The notes: generated from the letters alone by a model not told the origin. DNA of 64,000 nucleotides from Heptranchias perlo (GCF_035084215.1 NC_090354.1:12338001-12402000); one strand, 5' to 3'; counted from the first letter of the stretch, positions 1-12,600 are shown. Translations and numbers: made by a program.

Positions 1-190
1 ATCACTAAAACAGATTATCTGGTCATTATCACATTGCTGTTTGTGGGATCTTGCTGTGCGTAAATTGACTGCCACGCTTCCTACATTACAACAGCGACTA
101 AACCTCAAAAGTACCTCATTGGTTGTAAGCGCTTTGGGCCATCCTGAGGTCATGAAAGGCACTATATAAATGCATGCCTTTCTTTCTTTA
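1..190 (+). mobile_element. 3' part of Deu-domain (SacSINE1-like) SINE
   Basis: Near-identical to the 3' half of the SINE at 6803-7252; ends in the L2-type tail ...gaaaggcactatataaatgca...tttctttc. Confidence 0.7.
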
Positions 191-191
191 A

Positions 192-440
192 CTAGTATTT
201 GTCAGTAGTACTCTACAATCTGCCACTAGTATTTGTTAACAGTGCTCTATAGTCTGCCACTAGTATTTGTCAGGAGTGCTCTACAATCTGCCACTAGTAT
301 TTGTTAATGGTGCTGCATAGTCTGCCACTAGAATTTGTCAATAGCTCTATATAGTCTGCCATTGGTATTTGTCAGTATTGCTATATATTCTGCCACTAGT
401 ATTTGTCAATTGTACCATATAGTCTGCCATTAGTATTTGT
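192..440. repeat. 34-bp minisatellite, about 7 copies
   Basis: Unit ctagtatttgtcagtagtactctacaatctgcca recurs, with substitutions, at 192, 226, 260, 294, 328, 362, 396 and (partial) 430. Confidence 0.9.
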
Positions 441-589
441 GAGATTTGCCTTCCAGTTTTCTCTCTTTCCCTAATGCCTCAGCCCAGCAGCTCCCTTTGA
501 CAGCACAGTATAGATTGAAACTTTCCAAATGGGGAATATGAGTTTGATCCTACATCTTGGCATTGCATGGCACAACAAGGAGCTAGGAG

Positions 590-1135
590 ATAATGCTAAA
601 CTGATAGGCTCCAGTTAGAAATTATTTCCAGTTTTGAATCCTCTACTTTAGAAAGGATGTCAAAACCATGGAGAAGGTACAGGAGTGATTCCTTAAAATG
701 ATACGTGGATGAGGGACTTTAGTTACGTACAGAGACTAGAGAAATTGGGGCTCTTCATTTGAGCAGAGAAGGTAAAGAGGCGATCTGATAAAGATGTTCA
801 AAATTATAAAGTGTTTTGATAAACTAAATAAGGAAAAACTATTTCCAGTAGATGGTGAGTTTGTAACTAGAGGGAATAAATTTAAGGTCCTCACCAAAAG
901 AACAATGGGAGAAGTTAAGAGATTTTTATTTAAACTTAAAGGAATGCTGGGACATGAAATGCCATACCGGAAACAGTGGTGGAAGCTTTTAAAAGGAAAA
1001 TGACTAAATATTTGAAAAAAAGAAATTTAAAAGGGTATGGGGAAAGTGTAAGGAATTGGATGAATTGCATTGGTCTTTCAGAGATTTGGCATAGTTGTGA
1101 TGGGCTGGGTGGCCTCCTTCTGTGCTGTAAAATTC
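590..1135 (+). mobile_element. Degenerate CR1 LINE 3' fragment
   Basis: Frameshifted CR1 ORF2 C-terminal motifs (RGDLI.MFKIIKCFD, TRGNKFK, KGYGE). Confidence 0.7.
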
Positions 1136-1648
1136 TATGTTGGCAAAAATCATTGGGTTGTGAGATGTAAAAGGTGCTATTCAGAATCCTTATCATTGGT
1201 TCAATTACTGAGTATGTAATGGTTTTTACAGGGAGTGGGGATAAGGGAGAAACCAGAATTCTTTACATATTTGGGCTGAGTTGGTCCTGCAAATTTAATA
1301 CACAACTTCATTTTCAAGAAGGGGTAAGTCACCACTGGACACAGGCAAGAGACATCTCACAGAAGAGGTTCTGTTTGCTCTTAGTCTCCTAGTAGCTGAT
1401 CATAGAACGTTGTTGACAAGGGTCTCCCATGGCTGAGTGAGTTTGAACGATGAGTATCTAAGCCATCTAGACCGGGAAGATCCCACGTTTTATCTCCAGT
1501 CCATGCAGTGTTAGCTGATCTCAGCCAGGCCAGCAATATAATTGGCCTCAGCACCCATTGATTAGGGAGGGAAAAGTCAGCTGGGATCCCATCCATTCTT
1601 CAGTACCTCACCCAAATAGCCATTACTCATGTCTGAACTGTGACAGTA

Positions 1649-1817
1649 GGGGTAATTTTGACTTTGTGCAATAGTATAAAATGGGTGATAGCAAATCAGC
1701 AGCCCGTTTTACATCTCTCCCCATTTTTATTTCTACTGAAATCGGGAGAGATGTAAAATGGGCTGCCGATTCGCTATAACCCATTTTACAGTATCACACA
1801 AAGTCAAGATTACTCCC
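1649..1817. mobile_element. Palindromic MITE-like element (~170 bp fold-back)
   Basis: Imperfect ~70-bp arms: gtaattttgactttgtg...gttttacatctctccc versus gggagagatgtaaaat...cacaaagtcaagattac. Confidence 0.7.
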
Positions 1818-1984
1818 AGTGAGTCTTAGTAGGCTATTTGCTCCTGGGACATCACAATCGAACTGCTCACTCGATGCCCATGCACATGCACATTTTCCAG
1901 TAGGAACCACTGGATAATAACCAGGAGCACGAACCTTGCTCATATTTTCCTTTCTCCAACCCAGTGAAAACTGAGTCCATTTGT

Positions 1985-2550
1985 AGAATCATAGAAAATT
2001 TACGGCACAGAAGGAGGCCATTCGGCCCATCGTGTTCGCACTGGCCGAAAATGAGCCACCCAGCCTAATCCCACTTTCCAGCACTTGGTCTGTAACCTTG
2101 TAGGTCACGGCATTTCAAGTGCACATCCAGGTACTTTTTAAATGAGTTGAGGTTTCTGCCTCTACCACCCTTTCAGGCAGTGAGTTCCAGACCCCCACCA
2201 CCCACTGGGTGAAAAATTTTTTCCTCAGCTCCCCTCTAATCCTTCTACCAATCACTTTAAATCTATGCCCCCTGGTTATTGACCTCTCTGCTAAGGGAAA
2301 CAGGTCCTTCCTATCCACTCTATCTAGGCCCCTCATAATTTTATACTCCTCAATTAAATAACCCCTCAGCCTCCTCTGTTCCAAAGAGAACAACCCCAGC
2401 CTATCCAATCTTTCCTCATAGCTAAAATTCTCCAGTCCTGGCAACATTCTCATAAATCTCCTCTGTTCTCTCTAGTGCAATTATATCCTTCCTTTAATGT
2501 GGTGACCAGAACTGTACACAGTACTCAAGCTGTGGCCTAACCAGTGTTTT
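1985..2550 (-). mobile_element. CR1 LINE 3' fragment
   Basis: ORF 2115-2453 (YEERLDRLGLFSLEQRRLRG...RGHRFK...VWNSLP) is the CR1 ORF2 C-terminus; a tagaatcatagaa-type 3' microsatellite end is present. Confidence 0.85.
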
Positions 2551-4274
2551 ATTTCCTAAAGCTAAATCCAGAACTGCCCCCTCTCTTGTTGGGCTTGCTA
2601 CGTACCAGCTAAAAAAATTCTCCTGAATGCAATTTAAGAATTTTGCACCCTCTATACCCTTCACACTGTTTCTCAGTTAATATTAGGGTAGTTGAAATCC
2701 CCTACTATTACTGCCCTACTGTTTTTTCACCGTAGAGTCTCTACTGCTGCCCCAGCTAAGATCAGCTAACTCAGCACACAACGGGAATTGAACTTGTGCC
2801 CTTCCTGACACCAAAATAAACCTGAAACTCCCTCTCCCTTGTCCATGCCCAGCAACCAGTGTCCCAAGTCCGCCATCTCTGTGTGTTGCCACCCAAGTAA
2901 TAGTTTCACTCCTGATTATATGTAGTGCTCCCTAAATGTATGCAACCATCCAGACATGCCTCATATACTTTCTAAAGTTAAAGAAGATTATTTGCTGTTA
3001 TACAGACCCTGACTCATCCGGATAAGTAAACCGTATGTCTTTGAGAGTGTAATGTTACCCTGCATGTACCTTGACTTTACCAGCTATGCAAACTTCACAG
3101 ATTGCTCCCAATGTCTGAACAAGTTTACCCAGGAGGTAGCTGAGCCCTAGAAGGACCCAGGTTTGATTTCTGGTCTGTTCTGAGTCAGCTGATCTCAACC
3201 AGGGCAGCAGTTGAGGTGCTAAAATTGACCTCAATGCTCCGGTTAGGAAGGGAAAATGGCACTATATTCCTGCTGCTGATTGCGATCCAGGGACCACTGC
3301 TGCTAAAACATGTGTATGGAGGTTGGGTGATGGGATTGGGTTTGGTTGTGATGCCCCAACATTCAAATAAGCAATTGGCACAAGGGTTACACCTGAATAA
3401 TGGGCATTTGGGTGAGGTACACTACAGAGCATTTAGCTATACCCCAAAGAGTTAATGCCTTTAGATGAGGTGGGCAGCAGAGAAAATTAGCAAAAAAATG
3501 GGGGGGAAAACTTTGCAGTTGACAATAATACCCTTTAATAATAAACAGGAGTTAACAACAAGTATCACCTATTGTTATTAGATATTCATTAGTTTGAGTA
3601 CAGATACAATCCAAACCATGTTTTAACATTTTTCATCAAAACTTATCAACATAATGGAAGGACACTATGTGCTTGGAGCTTAGTGATGTATTATACATTA
3701 GCAAATATCAACTGTTACAGAAATCAATCGCACCCTTTGTTATTGTTAAAAAATGAAACCAACTTCAGAAGTTCAAAAGGGAATCGGATATATACTTGAA
3801 AAGGAAAAAATTGCAAGGCTATGAGGAAAGAACAGGCGAGTGGGACTAATGGGACAGCTCTTTCAAAGAGTCAGCACAGGCACACACGATGGGCCGAACG
3901 GCCTCCTTCTGTGCTGGATGATTCCATGATTTCCATGTGTCAGACGCCTGTTTATGCGTGGACACTGCCTATAAACTGCAATTGCCTGGCGACGTCTGTC
4001 GGCAGAACATTGCCAGAACATCTACTTGTAAAGTTGGGAGTTCCGAGCTGAGCTGACACAACCTCTCTTTTTTAATTATGAGGATGATTGTCTTTTTGGG
4101 GGGGTGGTTTAAAGTAAAATTCCCAAATAAAGTACTTTCAAAACATAATTCATTCGAAGTTTACAACATATATAAAGAGTAGTGCTAGTTTGCCAAAAAA
4201 AAAAATCCACGTACACAAGATTGCATTTGCCATACTCTCTTCTCATGGGTATATTTTTTTTCCTCTCCCTTTAC

Positions 4275-4465
4275 CTTTCGAAGAGAAGCCGCAACACGTA
4301 GATCGCCCAGGTCCAGGGCAGAAGAAAGTACAGATCCTTGAGCCGGGGGTAGACCGGGTTCTGCGAATTTTCCAGCTGTGCCCTGCTGACGTTGTGAGGA
4401 AGCCAGAAGTTCTCGTCCCAGACTGAAATGGAAAGCCACAGCGGCAGCCAAGCGCTGCCCTCCAT
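4275..4465 (-). CDS. Ceramide synthase CERS5/CERS6-like, first coding exon (remaining exons not found; presumably left of the window)
   Basis: ATG at 4465 gives MEGSAWLPLWLSISVWDENFWLPHNVSRAQLENSQNPVYPRLKDLYFLLPWTWAIYVLRLLFER. This matches the CERS6/CERS5 N-terminus (W.ERFWLPHNV.W.DL...P...DLY...P......RL.FER), including the N-glycosylation sequon NVS, and ends at a phase-2 donor AG|GTAAAG as in CERS5/6 exon 1. Confidence 0.85.
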
Positions 4466-6802
4466 CGTCGGAGCTGCCAAATACACACAAGACTGCAAGT
4501 CTGAGCCTTGCAACGAACGTGACCCCTGCCGTTCTGTCTCATCGATTGGTTAAACATATTCGAAAACAAATTCCTGCCTCGAGTTCCACAAACCAGCGCT
4601 CCATTTTGTATCAAAACACTCTGGGACCGTACTTCTCTTAAATTAAATACATAAATGATATGTGCAAAAGCAGATTAGATATCCATGCACAAAGTTAGAT
4701 AAGATTAAAATCAAGCAGGTAAGATGCATCTATTATATTTGCAAAAGGCGTTTGTCAAAAGGAATTACATAGTTTTTTTTCGATCTTAAAATTAAAACTG
4801 TTGAAAAGAAGTTTTAATACCTTGTGTTGATTCAAAAAAATAAAATAACGTTTTTCCCAAAATGACATAATGGAGGAGTTACCGAAACCGACAGTAGGAG
4901 GGCTCTGAATTAACATACCCAAGAGTAAAGCTACAACAAACCTCTCGATATATAAAAAAAACACGGAAGCACATCTCTTGTCCGCACTGGTGATGATTCA
5001 TTCACCAGGCCTAGTAAATTCTCAACTGTTCAAACAACTTTTTAAAGCAAAATAAAGGAACTGTTCTGAATATGGTAATTTCTAAGTAAATTTTATTTTA
5101 AAAATTGAACCAATGAAACTGTATTAGAGATATGATTAGATATTCTTCACAAAAAGAACATTTTATAAAATAATGCAAAACATTGCTTGAGAAGCATCGT
5201 CGTAATAAGAACAGGAGACAAGCAGACAAAATTACAGGAAGAAGGACCATGTTTTAAGTCCATGAGTAAGATGTTATAGTAAAAATAAAGCACGAGATAA
5301 AACAGAATATTTTGTGAATTGTCTGCTAACCTTCCGTTTCATAAACTGACACTTAGCTTCCAACCCATGTGTCAGTTTGATAACCGTTCACAAAAAAAAC
5401 TTTTTCATTGGGATTGATAGTTGTCAACTGAACCAATTAGATCAGTTGGAAGTCACAATGAAAACTGTCAGGACCAATCAAATCAGTTAGTAGGTGGTAT
5501 TGAAGGCTGTTAAATCATATTATTTTCTCCCACTGTTACAAGTTGTACACAAACTTGGGGCAGAATAGGTTTAAATGAGCTGATGGTTTGAGAAAGCTGA
5601 AGTTGTAACAGTTCTATTCACTGTTTGCAAAGAAGTTGTATATAACAAACAAGCTGCTAAAATGCAGCTTTTAAAATTTTCTTCAAAGGTACTTTCTGGG
5701 ACATGCCCAACTGTTGTTTTAGGTGATGGTTTATTTTTTTCAAGACTAGGTGCAGCTACTTTTTGAAATAAGGAGGATGTTCCCTGGCAAAAAGTATTAG
5801 TTGGCTTTATTGAGCGTTCCTGTCATTGCACTTACAGAATTTCCAGAGTTTGGAAATAGAGTGGGGCAGAAGTGGTGTTGAGTTTTATTTAATTTAAACA
5901 AATTACACTGTTTCTCATTTAGGATTTTACTACAGCGCACTGCGAATCATTGGGTTATTTGTGTGAGTCATAGTGCCTGATTATATTCTGTAACTTACCT
6001 GTTTCTGGTTTGTTTGCGCACACATGGGTGAGGTCTCTTTGTTACCAAGCAGTAAGCAGGGAGGGAGCTCGCATATTAGTCTATATTAGAGTACTCAATG
6101 TGCATGGAAAAATGTGAGGCGTAACATTGATAAGAGATAGCAATTCTCAGCCTGGAGCCAGTCAGGTCCACCTGAAAGCCCAAAGTGCTGCTGCACATGC
6201 CTGTTCTTACAAACCACATTTATGTGCATTTTACTTTTTTAAAAAAACAATTGTAGCATTTTTTATTTCCAGGGCAAGAATATGAACCTTTCTAACAGGG
6301 TCAAAAGAGGAACAATTACTGCTGAAGATAACAGCGAACAAATGTTTAACATGTCTGTTTGATATTTCTCTGTGCATTAGCAGTGGGTAGTAATAGTTAT
6401 TTTAATTTTACTCTATAAAGTTCTATGGCAATTCCTACAACTACTTTTATTTTCATACTTAATACATCAGTAAACCTTTTTGGCTTGAAAGGAAGAATTA
6501 TGGTAACCTCCAAAGTGCACAAAATAAAGTGTCAAAAATTTGGAAATCACCTCTTATGTACATGTGCAATGTTTTAGTGCATGCACAGTGTTTTGGTGCA
6601 TGCACAGAAGTGAGCCACAATACATTATGGAGCAAGTTCAATCCCAGATCAGCTGTTTTTCCACAGTGCTGAAAAGGATTAGCAGGAACGTTAAAAAAAC
6701 TATATATTTTTGAGAGATGCAATCTGAGCAACGCTTACACCAGATCATAAAACTTAAGCAGATTATCGCATTCAGAAATACTTTCAAAGGTACAAGTACA
6801 GT

Positions 6803-7252
6803 GTCAGCAGTGGCTCAGTAATAGCACTCTCGCCTCTGAGTCAAAAGGTTGTGGGTACAGTCCCACTCCAGGACTTGAGCACAAAATCTAGGCTGACATT
6901 CCAGTGCAGTATTGAGGGAGTGCTGCATTGTCAGAGGTGCCGTCTTTCAGATGAGACGTTAAACAAAGGCCCTGCCTGCCGTCTCAGATGGATATAAAAG
7001 ATCCCATAGCATTATTTTGAAGAAGAGCAGGGAAGTTTTCCCTGGTGTCCTGGTCAACATTTATCCCTCAACCAACATCACTAAAACATTATCTGGTCAT
7101 TATCACATTGGTATTTATAGGATGTGTGCAAATTGACTGCTGCGTTTCCTACATTACAACAGTGACTACACTTCAAAATTACTTAATTGGCTGTAAAGTA
7201 CTTTGGGACATCCACAGGTCGTGAATATATAAATATATAAACGCGAGTCTTT
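6803..7252 (+). mobile_element. Full-length tRNA-head Deu-domain SINE (SacSINE1-like)
   Basis: A-box-like tggctcagtaa head, central gtgctgcattgtcagaggtgccgtctttcagatgagacgttaaac Deu core and L2-like tail; several related copies in the window. Confidence 0.75.
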
Positions 7253-7812
7253 CAAGTAAACAGTCCATGAGAATACCAAGTTTGATCTCTGAACTGTGCT
7301 GAGGCCAGGTACCACTGTAGTTGGCCTCTGCTCCCATGTCTTGTAAAGGGGGAAAATATTAGACAAGGTTTCCATTCCTGATTGCTATCCAGGGACCTTG
7401 CTGATTAAAGGCTTGTGTGTGGATGTTGTGTGACAACAGGATTGGGCTTGGGTTTGTTGCTGTCCTGTGATTATATAGCCTTGCTGTAAGAAAGGGGGAA
7501 AAGTGCTTCTTAAACCTCTAAGAAACTTAAGCTTCCCTGTGCAAGAGCACAACCCTATGCCCACATCAAACTGAAGGCAGGGCAAAGAAGAACCATAAAG
7601 ATGATTCCCAATCTTAAAGGTCTCAGTTATGAGTAAAGACTGGAGAAACATGGGCTTTCCAGCCTTAAAGGAGATATCCGAGAGATGTTACAGAGATGGA
7701 CAAGATTGTAAACGATATGGAAAAGATAAACCCAGAAGATTTGCTTTAAATTAGGACAATGGGGGTTACAGGTTTAAACTAATACAAAGCAAATTTAGGA
7801 CGGATTAAGACT

Positions 7813-9030
7813 GTGGTGAACTATCCCTCCTTATCCTTCTCGGCCTGGCTGCAGCCTTTGACACGGTTGACCACACAATTCTCCAATGCCTCTCTCCTTT
7901 GTTGTCTAGCTGGGTGGGGCTGCCCTAGCCTGGTTCCATTTCTATCTATCCATCCAGTCATAGCTAGAAAATCTCCTGCAATGGCTTCACTTCCTGCTCC
8001 CGCACCGTTACCTCATGGGTGTCTCCTTGGCCCCCTCCTATTTCTCATCTACATGCTGCTCCTCGGCAACATCATCCGAAAACACGTCAGGTTCCACATG
8101 TACACTGATGATGCCCAGCTCTACCTCACCACCACTTCTCTTGACCCCTCCTCTCCCTCTGATTTGTCACGCTGCTTATCCGAGATGAGCAAAAATTTCC
8201 TCCAATTAAATATTGGGAAGACCAAAGCCATTATTTTCGGTCCCAGCTACAAACTCCGTTCCCCTAGCCATCGACTCCATCCCTCTCCCTGATCACTGTC
8301 TGAGGCTGAACCAGACTGTTCACAACCTTGATGTCCTATTTGACCCTGAGATGAGCTTCTGACCCCATATCCTCTACATCACCAAGACCACCTACTTCCA
8401 TTGCCGTAACATCGCCTATCTCCACCTCTACCTCAGCCCATCTGAAATCCTCATCCATGCTTTTGGTACCTCTACACTCAACTATTCCAATGCTCTCCTC
8501 GCCGGCCTCCCTTGAACTCTCTGTAAACTTGAGCTCATCCAAAACCCTGCTGCCCATATCCTAACTCGCACCAAGTCTCGTTCACCTACCACCCCTGTGA
8601 TCACTGGCCTACAGTGGCTCCTAATCCGGCAATGCCTTGATTTTAAAATTCTCATCTTTATTTTCAAATTCCTCCATGGCTTCGCCCCTCCCTATCTCTG
8701 TAACCTCCTACAGCCCTCCAAGATCTCTGCGCTCCTCCAATTCTGGCCTCTTGCGCATCCCTGATTTTCATTGCCCCACCATTGGCAGCCATGCCTTCAG
8801 CTGCCTAGGCCCTAAGCTCTGGAATTCCCTCCCTAAACCTCTCCGCATCTCTACCTCGCCTCCTTTAAGCCGCTCCTTAAAGCCTACCTCTTTGACCAAG
8901 CTTTTGGTTACCTGTCCGAACAGCTCCCTATGTGGTTCAGTGCCACATTTTGTTTGATAACGCTCCTGTGAAGCGCCTTGGGGATGTTTTACGAACTTAA
9001 AGGCGCTATATAAATGCAAGCTGTTGTTAT
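7813..9030 (+). mobile_element. L2-clade LINE 3' fragment, degenerate
   Basis: RT motifs [31 protein letters not shown] and AFSCLGPKLWNSLP across frameshifts; tail ggcgctatataaatgcaag. Confidence 0.85.
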
Positions 9031-9204
9031 CAGCCAAAGAGTGATCAAAACATGGAGTCTCAGATAGAGCAAGTGGAGGCTGCCTTTAAAAAAAAAACAA
9101 TTGGGTGCTGAAATGGGGGTCATTCTGAACAGTTTAACCAGGAAGGGCCGAATGTTCTGCCACACCTGTAATTACCTGGTGACCCCCAAAGTTTGGTTGC
9201 TACT

Positions 9205-9270
9205 GAGTGATGTCATTCCACTGACGTAACGGTGTGACATCAGACGCACTCTCCGCAAAATGGCGGCCGG
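9205..9270 (+). promoter_or_regulatory. RUNDC1 core promoter motifs (CRE/ATF-like sites, YY1 motif)
   Basis: tgatgtca (9208) and tgacgtaa (9222) CRE-like sites, plus caaaatggcggc (9256-9267) YY1 consensus, at the start of a CpG-rich island. Confidence 0.55.
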
Positions 9271-9322
9271 GCTTTGGCTTGTTTGAAGCTGCTGAAGGAG
9301 CCGCTACTATCAACGGGGAAGG

Positions 9323-9694
9323 ATGGACGACATGTCTCTGTCGGATTCTGAGAGGCTATCCGGGGAGCGATGGGCCCCGGTCGGAGCGGTGGCGAGCCCC
9401 GAAGAGGAGAGGGAGAGAGCCGGGCCGCCCGAAGTGGGCCCGGCGAGCGGAGCGGTGGTGACGGTGATGGCGGAGAAGATGCAGCGGCTGGAGGAGGAGC
9501 AGGAGCTGCTGAACTCGTCGCTGCTCGCCCTCACCTCGCACTTCGCCCAGGTCCAGTTCCGGCTCAAGCAGATCGTCAACGCTCAGAGCGACGAGAAGGA
9601 GCGGCTGCTGAAGGAGCTGGAGGACTTCGCGTTCATAGGCTGCCCGCAACCCTTCGTTACCCGGGCTCTGGATGGACAACACCTGGACAATGCG
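9323..9694 (+). CDS. RUNDC1: RUN domain-containing protein 1, coding exon 1
   Basis: RWAPVGAVA and LNSSLLALTSHFAQVQFRLKQIV...LLKELEDFAFIGCP match RUNDC1; donor GCG|GTAAGG, phase 0. Confidence 0.93.
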
Positions 9695-12600
9695 GTAAGG
9701 ATGTGCCCATGTACCTGGGACATCATCTTCACCAAACCAGCTGCAGGAGCTTGATCTGGAAAGTCCACGTTTAAAGACGTCTGGCCAAATTTGAATGCAA
9801 CTCAGTTTTTTTTTAAATATAAAAGCCCAACTTTTTCTGGAATAAAAAGTATTGGAAAGTTCTCAATATTACATAATGCACAACAAACTAATTACATGAG
9901 ATACATTATAAATCTGACGTGCAAAACCCCTTCATTCCATAACCCCATTATTGCAAGGACCTGTTCCATCCCCCACTTTCACCTCTCCATCCGTGTTTTT
10001 TTTGGTCAACAGCTGTTTGCCAATTTGTAACTTGAGAGTACATTAAAATACCTAGATCTGTCAAACTAATGTACTTCTAATTGTACATTCTTAATTGAAA
10101 ACTCGCTGTAATAAAATGTACAGCTCAATTTTTAAAATTACTTTTGTTATCTATCACCTGCGTTATACAAAACTCCTTCTTAGCTAGGCAATTGTTGACT
10201 GAGGTAATTTGGGAGATTTTAACTTGTTTGTATCATGTACCTGCCAGTCATTATAGTGGACTGAATTTCAGAGACACTGCCTAACTATAAGTTTCACCTG
10301 GCTATATGATCTGGGTTCAGTGTATCAGAATGCCCCTGTATAAAATTCTGTAGTCACTAGCTATTCTATTACCTGTCACCAGTTACTTGTGTAAAATTAC
10401 CTGTCATTACCACTTGTATATCGAATGTGATTCTGGATAATTAGATGCACTTTTACTAATGTATTGAAGGATCTACAGATATTTGCATTATAACCATCAC
10501 CTAATTTAATTTTATTGTCTACACATGTTATTGAAGACATTGTGCAAATATTGTAGCACAAACATTTATTTGAGGCATTTGGCCCAAACTATTTTACTAG
10601 TTACAATTCATGAACTTAGCAGAATTGTCACTAATTCATGTGACCATATGTGATTCTGGGTATCTTAAAGGAATTTATAAAATCAGATTCCGAAATGTAA
10701 GAATTCTACTGGAAAGCACATTATATGCTATACTCACATTTGTATTTTCCAATTATTTTTCTCCCCTCATTAGGTCCCCCAATGCAATACACTGTTCCCC
10801 AGTTGAAAGGTTGGCAAGTGACTCTGCTAACACAGTTCTGAAAGTAGTCAGTGGCACTGAGTCACTGTTCCTCCATGTAGGAAAGCTACTTGTGATTAGT
10901 GCCTCTTGTTGATGGCCCTGTTGAGATCCAGAATACATCATGAATTGTGGATCTTAAGTAGAATTTTAGTAATCTGTGATACAGCTTGTTAATACACCAG
11001 TGAGCTGCTGAATACTCATCAGCAACTTAACAAAAAATGTTAACTGCAGAACACATTTCTTTTCTGTATGTTTAACAGCTGTCAACAAATAATTGTCCTA
11101 TCTCAGATTGTGTTGTGCATGTTCAGCACATTGCCATTGTGAGAATAATCCCAAGTGTCACAGAAGTTGTGTTTGTACAGATGTTCTGTATTCCAAAAAT
11201 GAAAGAATCTGGATACTGCCTCCACAATTTGCAGTTTGAAGTTTTTGAAGACAGATAATTGAGAGATTGCATTAGATGATCCTAAATAAACCCACAGAGC
11301 AGTCCTCTCTGTGTAATTAAACTGTTCTGAATGTAAGGTTGCACTGATTGGAATTCTCATGGGAGTTATTACCATACTTATTATTGGATTTTCTGAATGG
11401 TTAGATTTAAGTCACTTAGAATGAAAATATATCAACAAGATAATCAAGGTTAATCTTTTTAAAGTCATACTATTCAGAGAATTAGACTTGAGAATCAAGT
11501 GTATTTTGAATGCTTATTTGCATTTTCAAAAGTAACATTTATTAAGATTGTAACTGCGAATCAAATATTCAGAATATTGCTGTTGCTGGATGTTTGAAGC
11601 AACAGCCCACGTTACTACGGTAAAATAAAAAACTGAAAATGTTGGAAATCCGACCTAAAAATAGAAAAAGCTGGAAATACACACCAGATCAGTCGGCATC
11701 TGTAAAGAGAAAAGGCAGGTTATGACGATTCAGGCAAGTATTCTGCATTTAACATTTAAACAAAAAATGCTGATAAGTATTAACAAGTTTTTTTTCTGTT
11801 TTGTCTGCTGTGCACCCCCCCCCCCAAAAAAAAAGATCTTTTCACTCAAATTTCTAAAAACAAAGGCCTCAATGCTAATAGCAATCCAACCTGCCTAATT
11901 TAGTGGAATTGCTGCCATGTATTGTACATACAGGTGTGATATTAAGGGGTAGCATCATAAGTGATATCTGAACAGTAATACTCAGAAAAGTGACCTAGAC
12001 AAAGCTACATAATTTTCATTTTTACATGTTAAATTTTGAACAATAATATTAGGTCTTTCACAAAGACTCATTGAATTATAATTTTAATGGTGAATGATTT
12101 TTTTATATATGTCAATTCAAGGAGCCATAAATTACAAAGTTCTTTGGATCAAAGAAAAGTAAGTACTACAGATGTGAGATACAGTAACATTTATAAACTT
12201 AATCAGCAGCAATCTTAAAGAGTAATCAAAATCAGCAACTGGCCAAAATTGCAAATGGCAAAGTTTTCCATTTTGATTTGTGTTCAGACACAGGATTGAA
12301 AATTTTACTCATGTTGCATGGTTTAATAAATAAACTGAAACATAAAATTCAAAGAAGCATGTGACTAAAAACACCTGAAATTTGAAACAAATTAAGTAAT
12401 TGTAATATATTAAATGAATGTAATTTTCTGTTTTTTTTATTGATCCTGCCTAAACTACAGGAAGGTTTGGTAAGTTAACATTCAAAGTTTCATTTTTTTG
12501 CATAACAAATGAAAATGTTGTGAACATAGACTACTGATAATTCATTCATTTTTTGCACTAAAAATTGAATTATCCAGTAATTTGAATTAAATAATACACA

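Noticed and set aside
192-440. CRISPR-like repeat-spacer appearance
   Set aside because: The variable parts are homologous to each other rather than unique spacers, and the context is eukaryotic with no cas genes.
6803-6875. tRNA gene
   Set aside because: tRNA-like head of a SINE, with a degenerate B box and no complete cloverleaf.
9234-9774. Several overlapping ORFs on both strands
   Set aside because: They are by-products of the GC-rich RUNDC1 exon 1; only the 9323 frame has recognisable homology.
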